A stretch of DNA of 64,000 nucleotides from the human T2T-CHM13v2.0 reference genome, Homo sapiens: NCBI RefSeq assembly GCF_009914755.1, contig NC_060936.1; one strand, written 5' to 3'. Position 1 is the stretch's first letter. The number at the start of each line of letters is the position of its first letter. The position numbers were made by a program, and so were the translations under genes. Positions 15,430 through 29,577 of this stretch are shown here, piece after piece. Under the pieces are notes generated by a model. It saw only the letters and a program-made list of their open reading frames with translations. It did not search any database and was not told the DNA's origin.

Positions 15430-15810
15430 TATGAATTCAATTTTTTTTTTTTACTGAAAAGTTATATATGCTTGTTTTTTAAATTTTGGAAACTACAGGA
15501 AAATATAAGGAAGAAAATTAAAATTATTTATAATTCTGCTACCCTGAGGTAGCCAAAATCATTATTTAGTTTATTGTCTTATCTTTTTTTAATATAAATA
15601 GGGAAGGTTTTGAACATAGTTACACTGTGTATATATAATTTTGTGTCTTATTTTTATTTCACTTAATAGCATACCATAAGCATATTCCTGGTAGTACTAT
15701 AGAACATTCATAAACATTCTTAATGACTGCAGAATATTCCATCATGTGACTGTACCGTAATTTGCCTAATGGCTCCAGGGTTCGTTGCTATTTGAGTTGT
15801 TTCCAGTGTG
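15430..15810 (-). mobile_element. Old L1 (L1ME-like) 3' fragment
   Basis: ttttatttcacttaatagcata...ttaatgactgcagaatattccatcatgtg...tttgagttgtttccag. Confidence 0.65.
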
Positions 15811-17699
15811 CGAATTACTGTTCTTTTAAAACTACCCACAGTGGTGTGACTAAAACATCAATGGAGAGGAAATGGTTATGAAGAGAGTAGTCAGCTTGTA
15901 GTAGAGCAACTGAGGGGTTAATTCACAGGCCCTCTGTTGGCCTGTAGGAGGAAGAAACTACAAAAGGAGAACCCTGGGAGGGAGCCTCACCCACCCCAAT
16001 CCCAGCTGTTGCTTTTTTTCCAGGAAGCAAGGCCTTATGGGAAGTGTAGGGAACAATGGCATCTGCCTGGCCTGCAAGCTTTCTAGAGCAACAGTAATGA
16101 TCAGAATCTCTTGGAGTGAGCACTTCCATACTCAGGATCTCCCTCTATTCTCACAGCAAAACCGGAAACTGGGAAGATCGCTTTTCACATCTCCAGAGAC
16201 TGACTCTAAAAAAGTCATGAGATTTGCCCCAAGTTATGCAGTGAGTGGCCAAACTGAAACCAGAGGGCTGCTCTAGGGATTGCCGGTAATCTCCTCCCTC
16301 TCTTTCTGGATTGCTTCTAGAATGGAAAGTAGCATGGCAGCCTCATCAGAAAGCAAGTTTTGAGCTTGTTCTGTGGACAAAGTTCATTGCACGTGCACTT
16401 GGCCAAGTCTACAGATGAGGAAAACACCACAATTCCAGGAGGTTTTTGTTTGTTTGGTGGCTGTGTTTGTTTGTGTCTAATTCTGGATTTTAAAATGTGG
16501 CTCTATCTTATGTTTTCTGTGTGTATAAGAAGCATCACCTGTGATGGCTTTCTCAGTTCTTTCAAACTAGAGTGAGGAATTCGGTCAAGAGTTAGCCAGT
16601 CAGGTTCAGACCTGCTCAGGAATTTAGGCCAAGTGTGCTGGCGGAAGAAGGTGGATGTGTCCCCAGGCTTCCATTCTCTTCTCACTGGTAAATTCAAACT
16701 TCCCACCTGGAGCAAGCTCTTTTTGCAGTCTTTTGTCCCGTTGCTCTGTATTAGTCCCTTACATAGAATCCCGCCCTCTCCTTGCACAGCCACACCCCAG
16801 ACCCTGGGGCAGCAAGGTGGGGAAAGCATATTTTTGTGATTCAGAAAGGAAACTAGTAAAAGGAAACTAAAGACCAACTTGTTGAAAACACTGAGCATCC
16901 ACTGCCTCTAAAATCCTTTCTGGAAGTACTGTCCCTCTTCAGACTCCAGAGCACTTTACAGCAACATCCCACAAGGCACTTTTCATGGTCTGCCTTGCAT
17001 GAGAGTTATCTGCTTTTCTTTCCTTGATAGCCACTTAATGCCCCAGTCCACCAGTAAAAAGTCCGATCTAACAGATACACAAGTATAATTGAGGAGTATA
17101 ATTATAATTTAAAAAGTCAAACAGACTTTATGCAATTGGGACTGCCCTGGAAAGTCAGGGGTGTACAGTCACAGTAAACCTCCTTGCTAGATTGAACACC
17201 AGAGACCAGGTTTTAAATCCTTGTGTCCTCCATAAAACTCAACACAGACCCTTGCTCCAAGGAGGGAGTTAATAAATCGGGAACCAGTTAAGTGCTCAGT
17301 CTGCTCCATAAACCGCTCTCCCCGTTCATGTATTTATTAATTTATCGGGTTCCTCTTACTCCCCCCTCTTACTCCTTAAGCTACTCCAATTCACACAGAA
17401 CCCCCTGAAACTGCCCTACATTTTTTCACCTGATTCCTTCTGCCTGGATTCTTTTCCTAAACGCTTCTGCCTCCCTGGTCCAGACTCAGGGCAGCATTTC
17501 CCAGCACACTCACTCCCTTCAACTGTGGCTGATTTAGATGCTCCTACTTCCTTCTCCCATTAGACTTTGTGCATTCCTTTATCATAAAGCTTTTCGGAAG
17601 GTGGCATAATAGCTTCTTTTCTCATGCTTTTCACATTAGACCTTGAGTTCACTGGGTACTGGGACCTCTGCAGTATCACCAGGTATAGAACCAGGTACA

Positions 17700-18230
17700 C
17701 AGAAGGTACTTACTTATTCTTTCATCCATTCAACATATATTTATAGAGCATTTACCATACAACAGGCAAAATATCTGCCTTTGTGGAGCTTACATTCTAC
17801 CAAAGGAGACAAAAAAGGAACAAATGCATAAATAATACAAATATCAGGCACAGAGAAGTAGCATACAGAGAAATCAAACTGGGTACTCAAACCAAGAACA
17901 ACTTCTGAAAAGTGCTATTTTAGGTAGAGTGGTCAGAGAAGTTTTCTCTAAGGAGACAGCATTGGAGCAGAGATCTAAAGAAAGTGAAGCAGCAAGCCAT
18001 ATGGATATCTGAGGAAAGATATTGCCAGGCAGAGAGAACAGTAAGTGCAAAGGCTCTGGGGCAGAAACATTCTTGGCACATGCCAGGACCAGCAAGGAGG
18101 CTGGAATAGAGTAAGTGAGTGGGGAGTGTGATCAGAGATGAGTCCAAGGTGGGCAGGGTCAGATCCTACAGGTCCCCTTAGGCCTGCAAAGGGACCTGAT
18201 TTCTATTCCATATGTGACAAGAAGCTCAGT
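17700..18230 (-). mobile_element. L2
   Basis: ttcatccattcaacatatatttatagagc...ccaggcagagagaacagtaagtgcaaaggctctggg. Confidence 0.75.
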
Positions 18231-19653
18231 ACATTTTTGTCAGATTGAATTATTTGAGATGAGTTGAACTAAAACAAATTGGGCATTGTCTTAGTATAGG
18301 CTCTAAACCATTGTTTGAATCCCGCAGTATCCTAAGTCTGCTCTCCTTGCCTACAAACACAAAAGCACTAGGAACAGTACCATTTAGCAGTTTGGAAACC
18401 TATTTGTGTGTGAGTTTGCCTGTTCTGGAATTAGCACAGCCTTGTGATTGTTCCCAAAGCCTTTTGGCCAGTGACACTTTTGCCAGCCTTTCCTATATGG
18501 ACCAGTTTCATTGTGCTGGCAGATCTGGACCAGGGAACATCTGAATGCAAGAGGAATATGGTCCTAACGCCAGTCTGACATTTCTGTTTCATTTCTGTCT
18601 TTCCCAGACTCTGAAGTCTTTGAGGGTCACTGGGATTTATTCTGGGCCCTTAGCAGGGTCCTGGGCCCGACTCTTAACATAGTTTTTATCCAAGCCTGGT
18701 TCTCATTAAATCTTAATTATGTGAAATTCCTACACTTAATGCAACTGAAAATAAGGCACACTTTGCTATTTTTATCATTTTCCTTAGTCTTTATAAACCA
18801 TTCCAGCGAACCATTCCCTGGAGTAAAGTGGGAAAACCACCAGAATTTAAGCTAAGCAAATTCACAGAACTCAATTGTACATTCATTAATTCATTTAACA
18901 ATCATTCATTCACTCAAAGAAAGGTGATTGAGAACCTACAAAGTACCAGCACTGTTCGAAGTTCTGGGGAGATAGCAGAACACATGGTAAGCTTCTGCTC
19001 TCATGAAGCTGACAGTCTAGCAGAGGAGACAGAACAAACCAGGAAACTCATAAAATGTCATCTTGAGCAGTGATAAGTGCTACTATGTGCAAGTCTAGAG
19101 GATACAAAGATGAACAATTCATGCCCCTACAATTCATGTGGTTGCGGTGGCGGTGAAGACATAAGTTATAACAAAGGTATGATATATGGTATTGGGCATT
19201 GTGCACAGAGTCCTATGGAGGAAGAGGGAAAAAAAATAACTATTGTGGTTATGGAGGGCTCTTGGAGAACTCTTGAAGAGGTGACATTGGATCAGTATCT
19301 TGAAAAATAGGTAGGATTGTACTGGATGGAAAGGGTAGAAAGAGAAAGGAAACAAGAGCAGAGGCCAAGACAGGGAGAGATGAACAAACACAGTGTATTC
19401 CCAAAATGCCTGGTCATTTGCTGTGACCACAGCACGTTGGTGCTAGATAGGCATGGAATGGGAGCATGACAGATGCGAATGTAGGTTGAGGCTAATTAAT
19501 AAATGGCCAGGCTGAAAAATCTGTGCTATAATTGGACGACCAGATTTCCATGTTAGTGCATTTATCCTGGCAGCAATGTGAAAGGATTGAAGAGAGAAAC
19601 TGGAATCAGGAAATTATCATGAAAATAATGCAATGGTCTGATCTTAAAATGAG

Positions 19654-19676
19654 TCTCTCTCTCTCTCTATCTATCT

Positions 19677-19720
<44 letters not shown>
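19654..19720. repeat. Compound (TC)n-(GT)20 microsatellite
   Basis: Read directly. Confidence 0.97.
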
Positions 19721-19723
<3 letters not shown>

Positions 19724-22229
19724 GCTAATCAGTTAAATTGAGAGTGTTAGACTCTTAGGGTTGGGAGGGGCTCTGAAAGTCATGTAGTCCTTCCACCCAT
19801 TGTATGTTTGACTCTCCTTTCCAACATCCTTCCCAAAGGATCACTCAACCAAGACACCAGTCTTTAAGACTTCCCATCCCAGCTTTAGAGAGCCAAGACT
19901 CACTCATGTGGAACAGAGATCTGCTCCCTGGAGCTACCACCAGTACTACTTTTTCTCCTTGAGGCTTAAAGACCCAGTCTAATCTCTAATTTGGTGCAGC
20001 TTCGCATTATTTAAAAGCAGCTGAAATTTCCTGAGCATCTCTGTGAGCTAGGCATGCCTGCAGGGCACGTATCACCCCATTTCCAGATTGGAACCTTGGG
20101 TTCATTGGCCATGTGACTTGCTGAAATTTGGTCATTGACCCAATTATTTGGCAGCACTAGGATCAAAACCCAAAGCTCTCTAGCTCCAGAGCCTGCACTC
20201 TTGGAAACAACTATCAATTTAACCCAACAAACATTTATTTAGCACTGACTGATGCGAAATCTCCTGTCCTGGGTATTAAAGAACGGGATGGAACCAGTAA
20301 GGAGCAAGCATGGTTACTGTATTCCAGGGATTCCCACTCTAGAGATTTAGACAGTGGAGTCCACACTCAAGCATTATAATAATGTCTATTTGGCTTTGCT
20401 TGCAGTCTGGGCTATTCCAGAAGAGGAAAGTAATTTCTGTTTAGCCCATTGCACAGGCCTTGTTTCCTACTTGTTACACTGGGGCAAGCCCCATGCAGGA
20501 GCCATCTCCACAGAGTCCATACCCAGGAAAAATGATCTGTATGCTGGAAGGATACAGGAGGGGGATGTACCTGGAAAGGTGCAAGGCATGTGACTGGTGT
20601 ATATAACTAGATTTGAGCAAAGCAAAACTTCAACTTGGACACATCCCAGAGATGAGCAAAGAGGAAGATATAGCAAGACCGAGAGAGGCTGGGAAGCTGG
20701 AAACAGGAGAACAGGTGCAAAGAACTGATGGGAAAGCCTTCAGAACCAAGCCTGTGCACTGAGCACGTATGCAGGAGCTCCCCTGTTAGGCACTTTGTGG
20801 TATTGCTGTGCTACAGCTGTGGCTGCAGGACTTGAAGGAAATGGGCCCAACCCTGACATTGTTGGCATCTTTGTTCGCTGATTTTTTTTTTCTGAATCTA
20901 ATGTTGTGTTTGTCTTCATCTAATGTTTAAATTTGTGACAATTCTGACTATATGTGCTGTATGCCAGACGTAGATGAAGATTCCTGAATGTAAATCTTCC
21001 ATATAATTGTACTTCCACCCCTGCTATTTCATTTCCCCTCTGTTATTCTCACTCTTTAGGGGAGAGAAGCACCAAAGGGTTAGGAGACATCTGTGCCTTC
21101 TCCATGCACCTTGCACCAGTTCCCATTCAGAGCCAGCTGCCATACCCCAGCCAAATCCAAACACTCCCCCACTTTCCAGCCTGCACCCCTCCATCTCCTG
21201 ACCTCACAAGGCCTCCATCTCTTGGTGAGATCTGCTTTGGTTCTTCCTTGGTCGTGAGCTTTACACTCACCCCCTCGTTGGTAGTTGCTCTGCCACCCTA
21301 CAGCCGGCCCCAGAAATCAACCCCTTTCCTTGGAGGGAGGGACTTCAGGATTCTCCTGAGAAGGAATTAGACAAGTAGGCAGGCAGGGGCACACGTGGTC
21401 CCCTTTCCATCTCACCAGATACTCAGCCCTGAATATTTTGCCAGTGTCCACGGAGTGAGAGGCCCTGAAGTCCTGACCTGTTCAAAGAGTCCTTCCCTAT
21501 ATAGTACCAATGTCCAGCTTAGTAAGTAGCCCTTTTGATTTTCCTTTTATTAAAATCACAAGCTTCCTTCCTGGTTTCTGTCATCCCTCACCTCCAGATT
21601 CAGCAAAATGTAAAATCGGTAACATCTAGACTGCGAAGTAAATTGCGTGTATGTTTCCTTCTTGCGCACATAGAGGTCCCATAAATCTGCTAAATAGCCA
21701 AATGGTGGTTTTGTGCAGGCACCAGAAATTGCCTCTTTTCCTGCTCTTATCTTTTCCTTGATTTTTAATTCTTCTAGAGATTTCTCTTTTCTTTCCTTCC
21801 TTTCTCTGTGTTCCTTTTTTATTTTTCTTTTTACCAGAAAATTCTATCCCATTCCCATCCCCTACTTCCTCGAAGGAACCTTCTCTTTCTACGTGGTGTC
21901 ATTATGTTTTCTTATTCTTATTATCCCAGTTATTCTTGGAGCTTTGGTGCAACCTGAGACAAATGATGTTTATTTATTCATCATTTATAACCAATTTAAC
22001 TCTGAAAGGGACTTGAGCCAGACTCACAGTATGAGTTAGTTATAACAGAATTACTAAACAAAGATAGCAATGTAAAAAACATGTCATTAAGAGTAAGGAA
22101 GACTGCTGTAGCAGAAAATCTCTCCGAAGGTTTGTTACTGCAATTTAACACAAAATTTAGCATTGAGTTTCTTAGCCGCCAAGGCAAAACAGGAAACAGG
22201 CATGATGTAGCTTTCATCATCTAATTTAA

Positions 22230-22231
<2 letters not shown>

Positions 22232-22277
<46 letters not shown>
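22232..22277. repeat. (AC)23 microsatellite
   Basis: Read directly. Confidence 0.97.
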
Positions 22278-22282
<5 letters not shown>

Positions 22283-22406
22283 TCTTTACCAAAACACAGT
22301 TCATGAAAGATCTTTTCTGACTGCAGCAAGTTCAATCCAGGTCTGATACTCTTAGGCCTTTTCTGGAGATCAGAATCACCTCAGAAGCTTTAAAAAACAA
22401 TCTATA

Positions 22407-22726
22407 GGCCAGGGGCAGTGACTCACATCTGTAATTCCAGCACACCTGTAATTCCAACACTTTGTGGGGCCAAGATAGGAGGATCACTTGAGCCCAGGAG
22501 TTCGAGACCAGCCTGGGTAACAGAGGGAGACTGCCCCCATCTCTAGAAAAGATTAAAAAATTAGCTGAGCATGGTGGCAACTGCCTGTGGTCCCAGCTAC
22601 TCAGGAAGCTGAGGTGGGAGGATCATCTGAGCCCAGGAGTTCAAGGCTGCAGTGAGCCAAGAGATTGCACCACTGCACTTCAGCCTGGGTGACAGACCAA
22701 GATCTTGTCTCAATCAATCAATTAAA
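22407..22726 (+). mobile_element. AluJ with a short internal duplication
   Basis: ggaggatcacttgagcccaggagttcgagacc; ctgtaattcca occurs twice near the 5' end; (TCAA)n tail. Confidence 0.92.
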
Positions 22727-22936
22727 TCCATCATCAAGTCAAGGGAAAGGGAAATCATTGACCTGTGCTCAGAGTAGTCAGGGTCCTTCTGAGTAACATG
22801 GTGACAAGTGTAAACGACAGCATTCATTATATAAAAGTGTCGCCCTTGCGGGTATAGGAATCATGACCTTTCTACAAGTGGAGCTTAGAGTTCATATGGC
22901 CCAGTCTCCTCACTTCACAGATGAAGAACTGAAGTA

Positions 22937-23649
22937 CAGTCATGTGCCGTGGGACAATGTTTCAGTCAACAATGGACCACATACATAAGGATGGTCCCAT
23001 GAGATTATGGTACTGTATTTTTACTGTGCCTTTTCCACATTTAAATATGTTTAGTTACACAAATACTTCCCATTGTGTTACAGCTGCCTATAGTATTCAG
23101 TACAGTCACATGTTATTCAGGCTTGTAGCCTAGGAGCAATAGCCTATCCCTTATAGGCTAGGTGTGTAGTAGGCTACACCAGGGGTCCCCAATCCCCGGC
23201 CCGCAGACCAGTACTGTTCCATGGCCTGTTAGGAACCAGGGCGCACAGCAAGAGGTGAGCAGCAGACAAATGAACATTACTCCGCCTCCTGTCAGATCAC
23301 AGGCCGCATTCGATTCTCACAGGAGCACAAACCCTATTGTGAACTACGCATGCAAGCGATCTAGGTTGTGCCCCTTATGAGAATCTAATGCCTGATGATC
23401 TGAGGTGGAACAGTTTTATCCCAAAACCATTCCCCCCTACCCCCAGTCTGTGGAAAAACTATCTTCCATGAAACCAGTCCCTGGTGCCAAAAAGATTGGG
23501 GACGGTTGGGCTATATCATCTTGGTTTGTATAAGTGCACTCTTGATGTACATTCTTGATGTATTGATGTGCTGATGCTCACACAATGATGAAATCACCTA
23601 ACAGAGGATTTCTCAGAATGTATCCTGGTCTCTAGGTGACATGTGACTA
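22937..23649 (-). mobile_element. Tigger3a / MER7A interrupted by MER1B
   Basis: Reverse complement of the 12694 element (cagtcatgtgccgt...tttctcagaatgtatcc...gtgacta), split at 23179/23509. Confidence 0.85.
23180..23508 (+). mobile_element. MER1B (hAT-Charlie)
   Basis: caggggtccccaatcccc...ggcctgttaggaacc...gtgccaaaaagattggggac; 8-bp TSD ggctacac / ggctatat. Confidence 0.9.
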
Positions 23650-24074
23650 TATCTTAGTGCTCAGTGACTCAATGTCACACTGGTCTTTGGAGAAGCAATA
23701 AAATAATGACTAAACATATAGACTTTGGATTCTAGCAGACTTGAGATCAAACCCTAGCTCTCCCCAAATAATTGTGATATTCTGTGCGAGTTACTGAATC
23801 TTGCCAAGCCTTGTAACAGCTTGCTCATCATTGTAAGATAGGAATATTATACATATTTAAGCATTCTGCACAGGGCCTAGAATATTATAGGCACTCAAGA
23901 AATGATGGGAGCTATAAAATCATGGTAAAGGTGATGACGATGTGTGTAGATCATGATAATGGAAAGACAAAGTCAAAAATCCAGGTTGCGTAATATCTAC
24001 CATAGCCCCCTTCCCACTACCCTACTTGGCTGGAATTCTGGTCTGGAATTGTACTGACCCAAAAGACATCTCTT

Positions 24075-24265
24075 AGAGCTGCATTGTCTGGGAGGATAGC
24101 CACTAACACATGTGGCTATTTAAAGTTAAATTAGTTAAAATTTTAGTTCTTCAATCACACTAATAACATTTCGAATCTTGAGTAGCCACTGATGTTCGTA
24201 GCTACCAAACTGGACAGCACAGATACAGAACATTTTTCATCAGAGCAGAAAGTTTTATTGGACAG
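24075..24265. mobile_element. MER3
   Basis: tagccactaacacatgtggctatttaaag...gtagctaccaaactggacagcacagata...agaaagttttattggaca. Confidence 0.75.
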
Positions 24266-24678
24266 AAAGTTCTATTGGAAGCTACCCTCGTGGGCTTTTT
24301 CCCCTAGCTTCTTTATATTAATATTTTTGTTATTTCTTTCTCTCAAAATATGGTACTATTATTTTAAGCTAGAAGAGAAGGTTCTGCAGTCTCCTAACGC
24401 CACCCGTGAAGACACCGAAGCCCAGGGGGTGGAACAGATAGATACACAAGTCACACAGCTAGTTAATACCAGAGCTGGTCCAAACGTGCTTCTGACTCAA
24501 TGCACGAATCATTCTGTAGCAACACAGGAGGCCCAGGGAATCAGCTAAGCCTGTGTTTTCCTAAGTAGAGTTCTGATTGATCAGGGCTGAAGCACACATT
24601 TAACCCATTCTGTCATACTGCCAAATGCAGGGTGATGTGAGTCCAAGTGGTTTATTACAAGGGAACTAGAATATCATC

Positions 24679-24771
24679 TTCTCAAAGCCACCACCCAGTG
24701 GCAAAGACATTCTCAAATCCACCACCCAATGACAAGGACATTCTCAAAGCCACCACCCAATGGCAAGGACA
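24679..24771. repeat. 31-bp minisatellite, 3 copies
   Basis: Units at 24679, 24710 and 24741; consensus TTCTCAAAGCCACCACCCAATGGCAAGGACA. Confidence 0.95.
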
Positions 24772-25299
24772 CCAAAGATGGCATGGGGGAAGCTCTGGAC
24801 TGCTCAGCCTCTCCTTTACATTCCTTTCTGGTTTGGGTTGTGGAAAAAAGAGATTCTGCTTGGTGTTTTAGAATCGATCTGTTAATTTTAAGTTTAAAAT
24901 GTTCACTTGCAGAGAATTTTTGTAAGGATAAAGACTTTGAGATGTGTTTCTGACTCTTAGAATGTCTATATTGTTATTTTTCTTGGTTGGGTTAACTATG
25001 GTAAGTTCAAAGCCATGGTTGATAAATTTTCACAAGGTTGATGAACAAATTCAACCTCCTGTGGCATAAGTCACACCTTTAAGTGAACAAAAACAATTCA
25101 TTGTAACAAATATTTTCACAACTGTGGTTTCTGAGAACAAATATCGAGTCTCAAGTTTACAACAAGTTCATAGTGTTTAGATGATAACTGTTAAAAGGAA
25201 AGGTTTTTGTCCTTTTTTTGTAAGCAGAAAGAAACAGAATCCATGTTGACACAACAGGAGAAACAGAGATATAACTTAAGTGTTATAGGAACTGATACA

Positions 25300-26140
<841 letters not shown>

Positions 26141-26519
26141 TAACCTATAGTTTTACCTTCTTAGAAGGGTTTTTGTCAGTCCATTCTTTTTTTTTTTCTT
26201 GTTTCCAGTGGGATTGGATGTCAATCCATTCTTGATGTTTTTTTCCAAATACATTTCTGATTTTGTATTTTTCAACTGTAGTCCTATCTGAGGAAGAATA
26301 AAAATATTAGGAACTTACAGTTTTATTCCAGAAGTTGCAGGCCCTACCTGTCTGCTCCTCCCCCTGCCTCTCTCTCCAGCATTGCCTCCTACCAGTCCCT
26401 CTCCTTCCGTTGCTCTGTCTCAGCCCCAGTCACAACAAGCTGAGGTCCAAAGCACCAGGCCCCAGGCTTCCTCTGGGCCTCTGTACACATGCTGTTAGCC
26501 TCTGCCTGGAAATGATATA

Positions 26520-26955
26520 GTGAATGGCTAATAGGCCTGGCTCTGAGCCCAGCTGCCTGCAGTATATCCTGGCACTGCTGTTTATAACTGTGTGTCCTTA
26601 GGTAAGTTAGATAACCTCTCTGTACCTCTATTTTATTATCTAATAATAGCACTTACTTCAGGGCTCTTGTCATTATCAAATGAGCTAACATCAGAAAAAT
26701 GCTCAGAGCTTGCTTCACATATAACAAACCCTCAATAGTAGCTAAGTTTGTTGAGCATTTACTATGTGCTAAGCACCTTACTGACATTCTCTCCCTTAAT
26801 CTTCACAACAATGCTGAGGTGTGGCCTTACAATTCCCCTGTTTCACATATGAGGAAACTGAGGCACAGAGATGGGGAGTAGTTTGCCCAAGGTCCCACAG
26901 CTAGCAAATGATGAAGCCTGGGCACAAACATCTTCAGAGTACATACCCTTACTAC
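26520..26955. mobile_element. Two MIRs tail-to-tail (+ then -)
   Basis: + copy about 26520-26738 (aagttagataacctctctgtacctc); - copy about 26742-26955 (atgaggaaactgaggcacagaga). Confidence 0.7.
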
Positions 26956-27571
26956 CACATCAGCACCAGATGTGAAGGTGTAGTGGGTTTCCTTTGTAAG
27001 GCTGTGTGCTGCCTTTTGCTACTTTTTATGATTTTGTTTTTGGAGGCAGAAGCAGGCCCACATGGCCCCTAGGAGCCCACCCTGGCTTTTGCCTCTTGGC
27101 CCTGACCAGGCCCGTCCCTGCCCTTTTAGGCTTCTAGAGCCACCTCTCCCAGGATATGAAGCTGTACAGCCTCTGCTGCTTCCTGGATGTTTATTTTTTG
27201 TGCCCAAGCCTGCAAGGCGTGTTTCGCGGCAGCCTCACACAGAGTCTGTGGCTTCTCCACTTCTGAGGCTGCGGCTCCCCTCCCAGGGCCATTTATATCC
27301 TGGGCCCCATCATCATCCCACCCCATTTGAGATCAGGTTCCTGCCACAGAGGCCTCTGCCTTCCTTAACCAGGCTGGTCTGTGGCATAGGCAGCAGCTAG
27401 CGGAGAGAGGCACAGGCTGGCTGGCTGGTCCCCACATGGTACGTGATGGACACTGAGCTTGCTGAGCATCCTGCAGTTCAGAGCTGGCACTCTCTAGACC
27501 TGATGGTCTCAGCCTTTGGTCGGCATCAGAAAATACCTACAGAGAATAAGAGATAAGATGCAGATGCCAAG

Positions 27572-28041
27572 TGCAGCAGGCTAAATCACAAATAGCTCCA
27601 AAATGATCAAGTCCTAATGCGCAGAACTTGAAAATGCTACTTTATAAAGAAAAACAGTCTTTACCTATGTGATTCCATTAATGTTGACATGAGATTCTCC
27701 TAGATTATCTGAGTGGGCCCTACATCTCATCACAAGTATCCTTATAAGAGAGAAGGATGCTTGACACAAAGAAGGAGAAAGTAATGCAAGACAGAGATAA
27801 AGACTGGAGTGACTAGCCACAAGCCAAGGAATGCTAGCTACCACCAAAAGCTGAGAGGGGCAAGGAATGGACTCTCTCCTAGATCTCCATGAGAGAGGGG
27901 AGGGCCTGCAAACACCTTGATTTTGGACTTCTGGCCTCCAGAGCTGTGAGAGGCCAGAAGTCCAAAATATGGCCACCAGATTGTTGTTTCAAGCCACCAA
28001 GTTTGTGGTCTTTTGCTACAGCAGCCATAGGAAACTAACAC
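27572..28041 (+). mobile_element. MLT1D-type MaLR LTR inside a MER5-like fragment
   Basis: gccacaagccaaggaatgc...caccttgattttggacttctggcctccagagctgtgaga...cagccataggaaactaaca. Confidence 0.85.
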
Positions 28042-28918
28042 ACCAAGCAAACGGGCACAGACCCGGGAATATCCATTTTCACCAGCTCCCCAGGTGATCT
28101 GGAGACTCCCTGAAGATGGGGAACTAGATGGAGCATCCAGGCTGATGCTCCAGGAGGACCATGAATTCTTACAGTTTTGCTCACATCCTATTTAAACTGT
28201 GAGAGCCTGGAGCATGTTGAATGCCTAAATACCGATGGGAAACATACAGAGAGGAGATGGTGGTTGAAGTCATGGGACTGCAGGGAGATAAATGATTGAG
28301 CCAAGTCCCCAGGGAAGCAGAAGCAGGGAAGAGAAAAGAAATCCTTCTCTGGGATGGGAAGGGAAATGAAGGCTAGAGGATGTGTAGCTGTTTGCAGGCA
28401 GGGTCAAGGTTGTTGTTATTCATGTATTATTTTTGCTCGCTCTGCCTAGACCTGCCTGTCCTCAGTACTGCTTGCAGCCCTCAGCCCTCTAAGTCACCTT
28501 TCTTAGGATGTGCAGCTGGAAAGCCAGAGATGCTTCCTTGGTCAGTCACGTGCGTCTGGGCACTATCTGTAGAAATCACCTCCTCACCTGTGCCCTTTGC
28601 CATTTGCCCCATTTCAGACAATTTATGTAATCACTCATAAGTGGCACTGACCTTCACGCTGCAAAAGACTTGTACTTTGGTACAAAATGGCTTACTTTTC
28701 CCTAAAAGCACTGACTCTATCCATGAGGCCTCTGTTTCATGGTTCCCAAGTGGTGTATTGTGCATAATCAGGGTGTGGGGAAGTCATCCTCCATGGGATC
28801 TAGCACCTGAGCTTCCTCCCTACCTCAGCCAATTGTGCATGATGGTGAGGGAGGCAGAATCAGCAGTAGAAAGAGAAGGCTATGTCCCTGCATGCAACTA
28901 AATCCCATTGCAGATGTG

Positions 28919-29577
28919 TGTCAGTCAGGTTTCTCCAGAGGAACAGAACCCATAGGATGTGTGTACATGTTGGCGGAAAGAAGGGGAGATTGGACGGATG
29001 GATGGATGGATGTGTGGGTGGATGAATGAATGGATGGGTGGCTGGGTGGATGAATCGATGGATGGATGGATGGATGGATGGATGGATGGATGGATGGATG
29101 GATGGATGGATAGATGGAACAGATGGTGAGTGGACAGATAGACAGATAGACAGATTGATCAACACACACATATATTACTGGTTTTGTTTCTCTGGAGAGC
29201 CCTGGCTAATATGCTTTATATACACAACACAGATTTAAGGAATTGGCTTACAAGATTGTGGATACTGGCAAGTTCAAAATCTGCAGGATAGGTCAGCAGG
29301 CTGGAGACCCAGAGAAGAGTTGAGGTTGCAGCTCAAGTTCAAATGTATTCGACTGGCAGAATTCTCTCTTCTGGGAAAAATCAGTTTTTTTCTCTTGACG
29401 CCTCCAACTGTTCGGATGAGGCCCACCCATGTTATGGATGATAATCTGCTTTACTCAAAGCCTACTGATTTAAAGGTTAATCTCATCTAAAAATTCAGAG
29501 TAATGTCCAGACTACTGTTTGACTAAATATCTGGATAATGTGACCTAGCCAAGTAGATACATAAAATTAACATCACA
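28919..29577 (-). mobile_element. MLT2 (ERVL) LTR containing an expanded (GGAT)n
   Basis: gtcagtcaggtttctccagaggaacagaacccatagga...aaggaattggcttacaagattgtgga...cataaaattaacatcaca. Confidence 0.85.
28991..29160. repeat. (GGAT)n / (GATA/GACA)n tetranucleotide array
   Basis: Read directly; pure (GATG)n run at about 29057-29110. Confidence 0.95.

Noticed and set aside
18575-18992. Strong-looking acceptor (ctgac...tttcccag| 18607) with donor ATG|gtaagc at 18986
   Set aside because: The ~380-nt span is long, runs into L2-like sequence and shows no ABTB3-like coding; pseudo-sites like this are common in long introns.
24679-24771. 31-bp direct repeats as a CRISPR-like array
   Set aside because: Units are contiguous with no spacers, the context is eukaryotic, and there are no cas genes; it is a minisatellite.
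28835-29238. Repetitive ORFs (MDGW)n and (HPSI)n
   Set aside because: Products of the (GGAT)n array.
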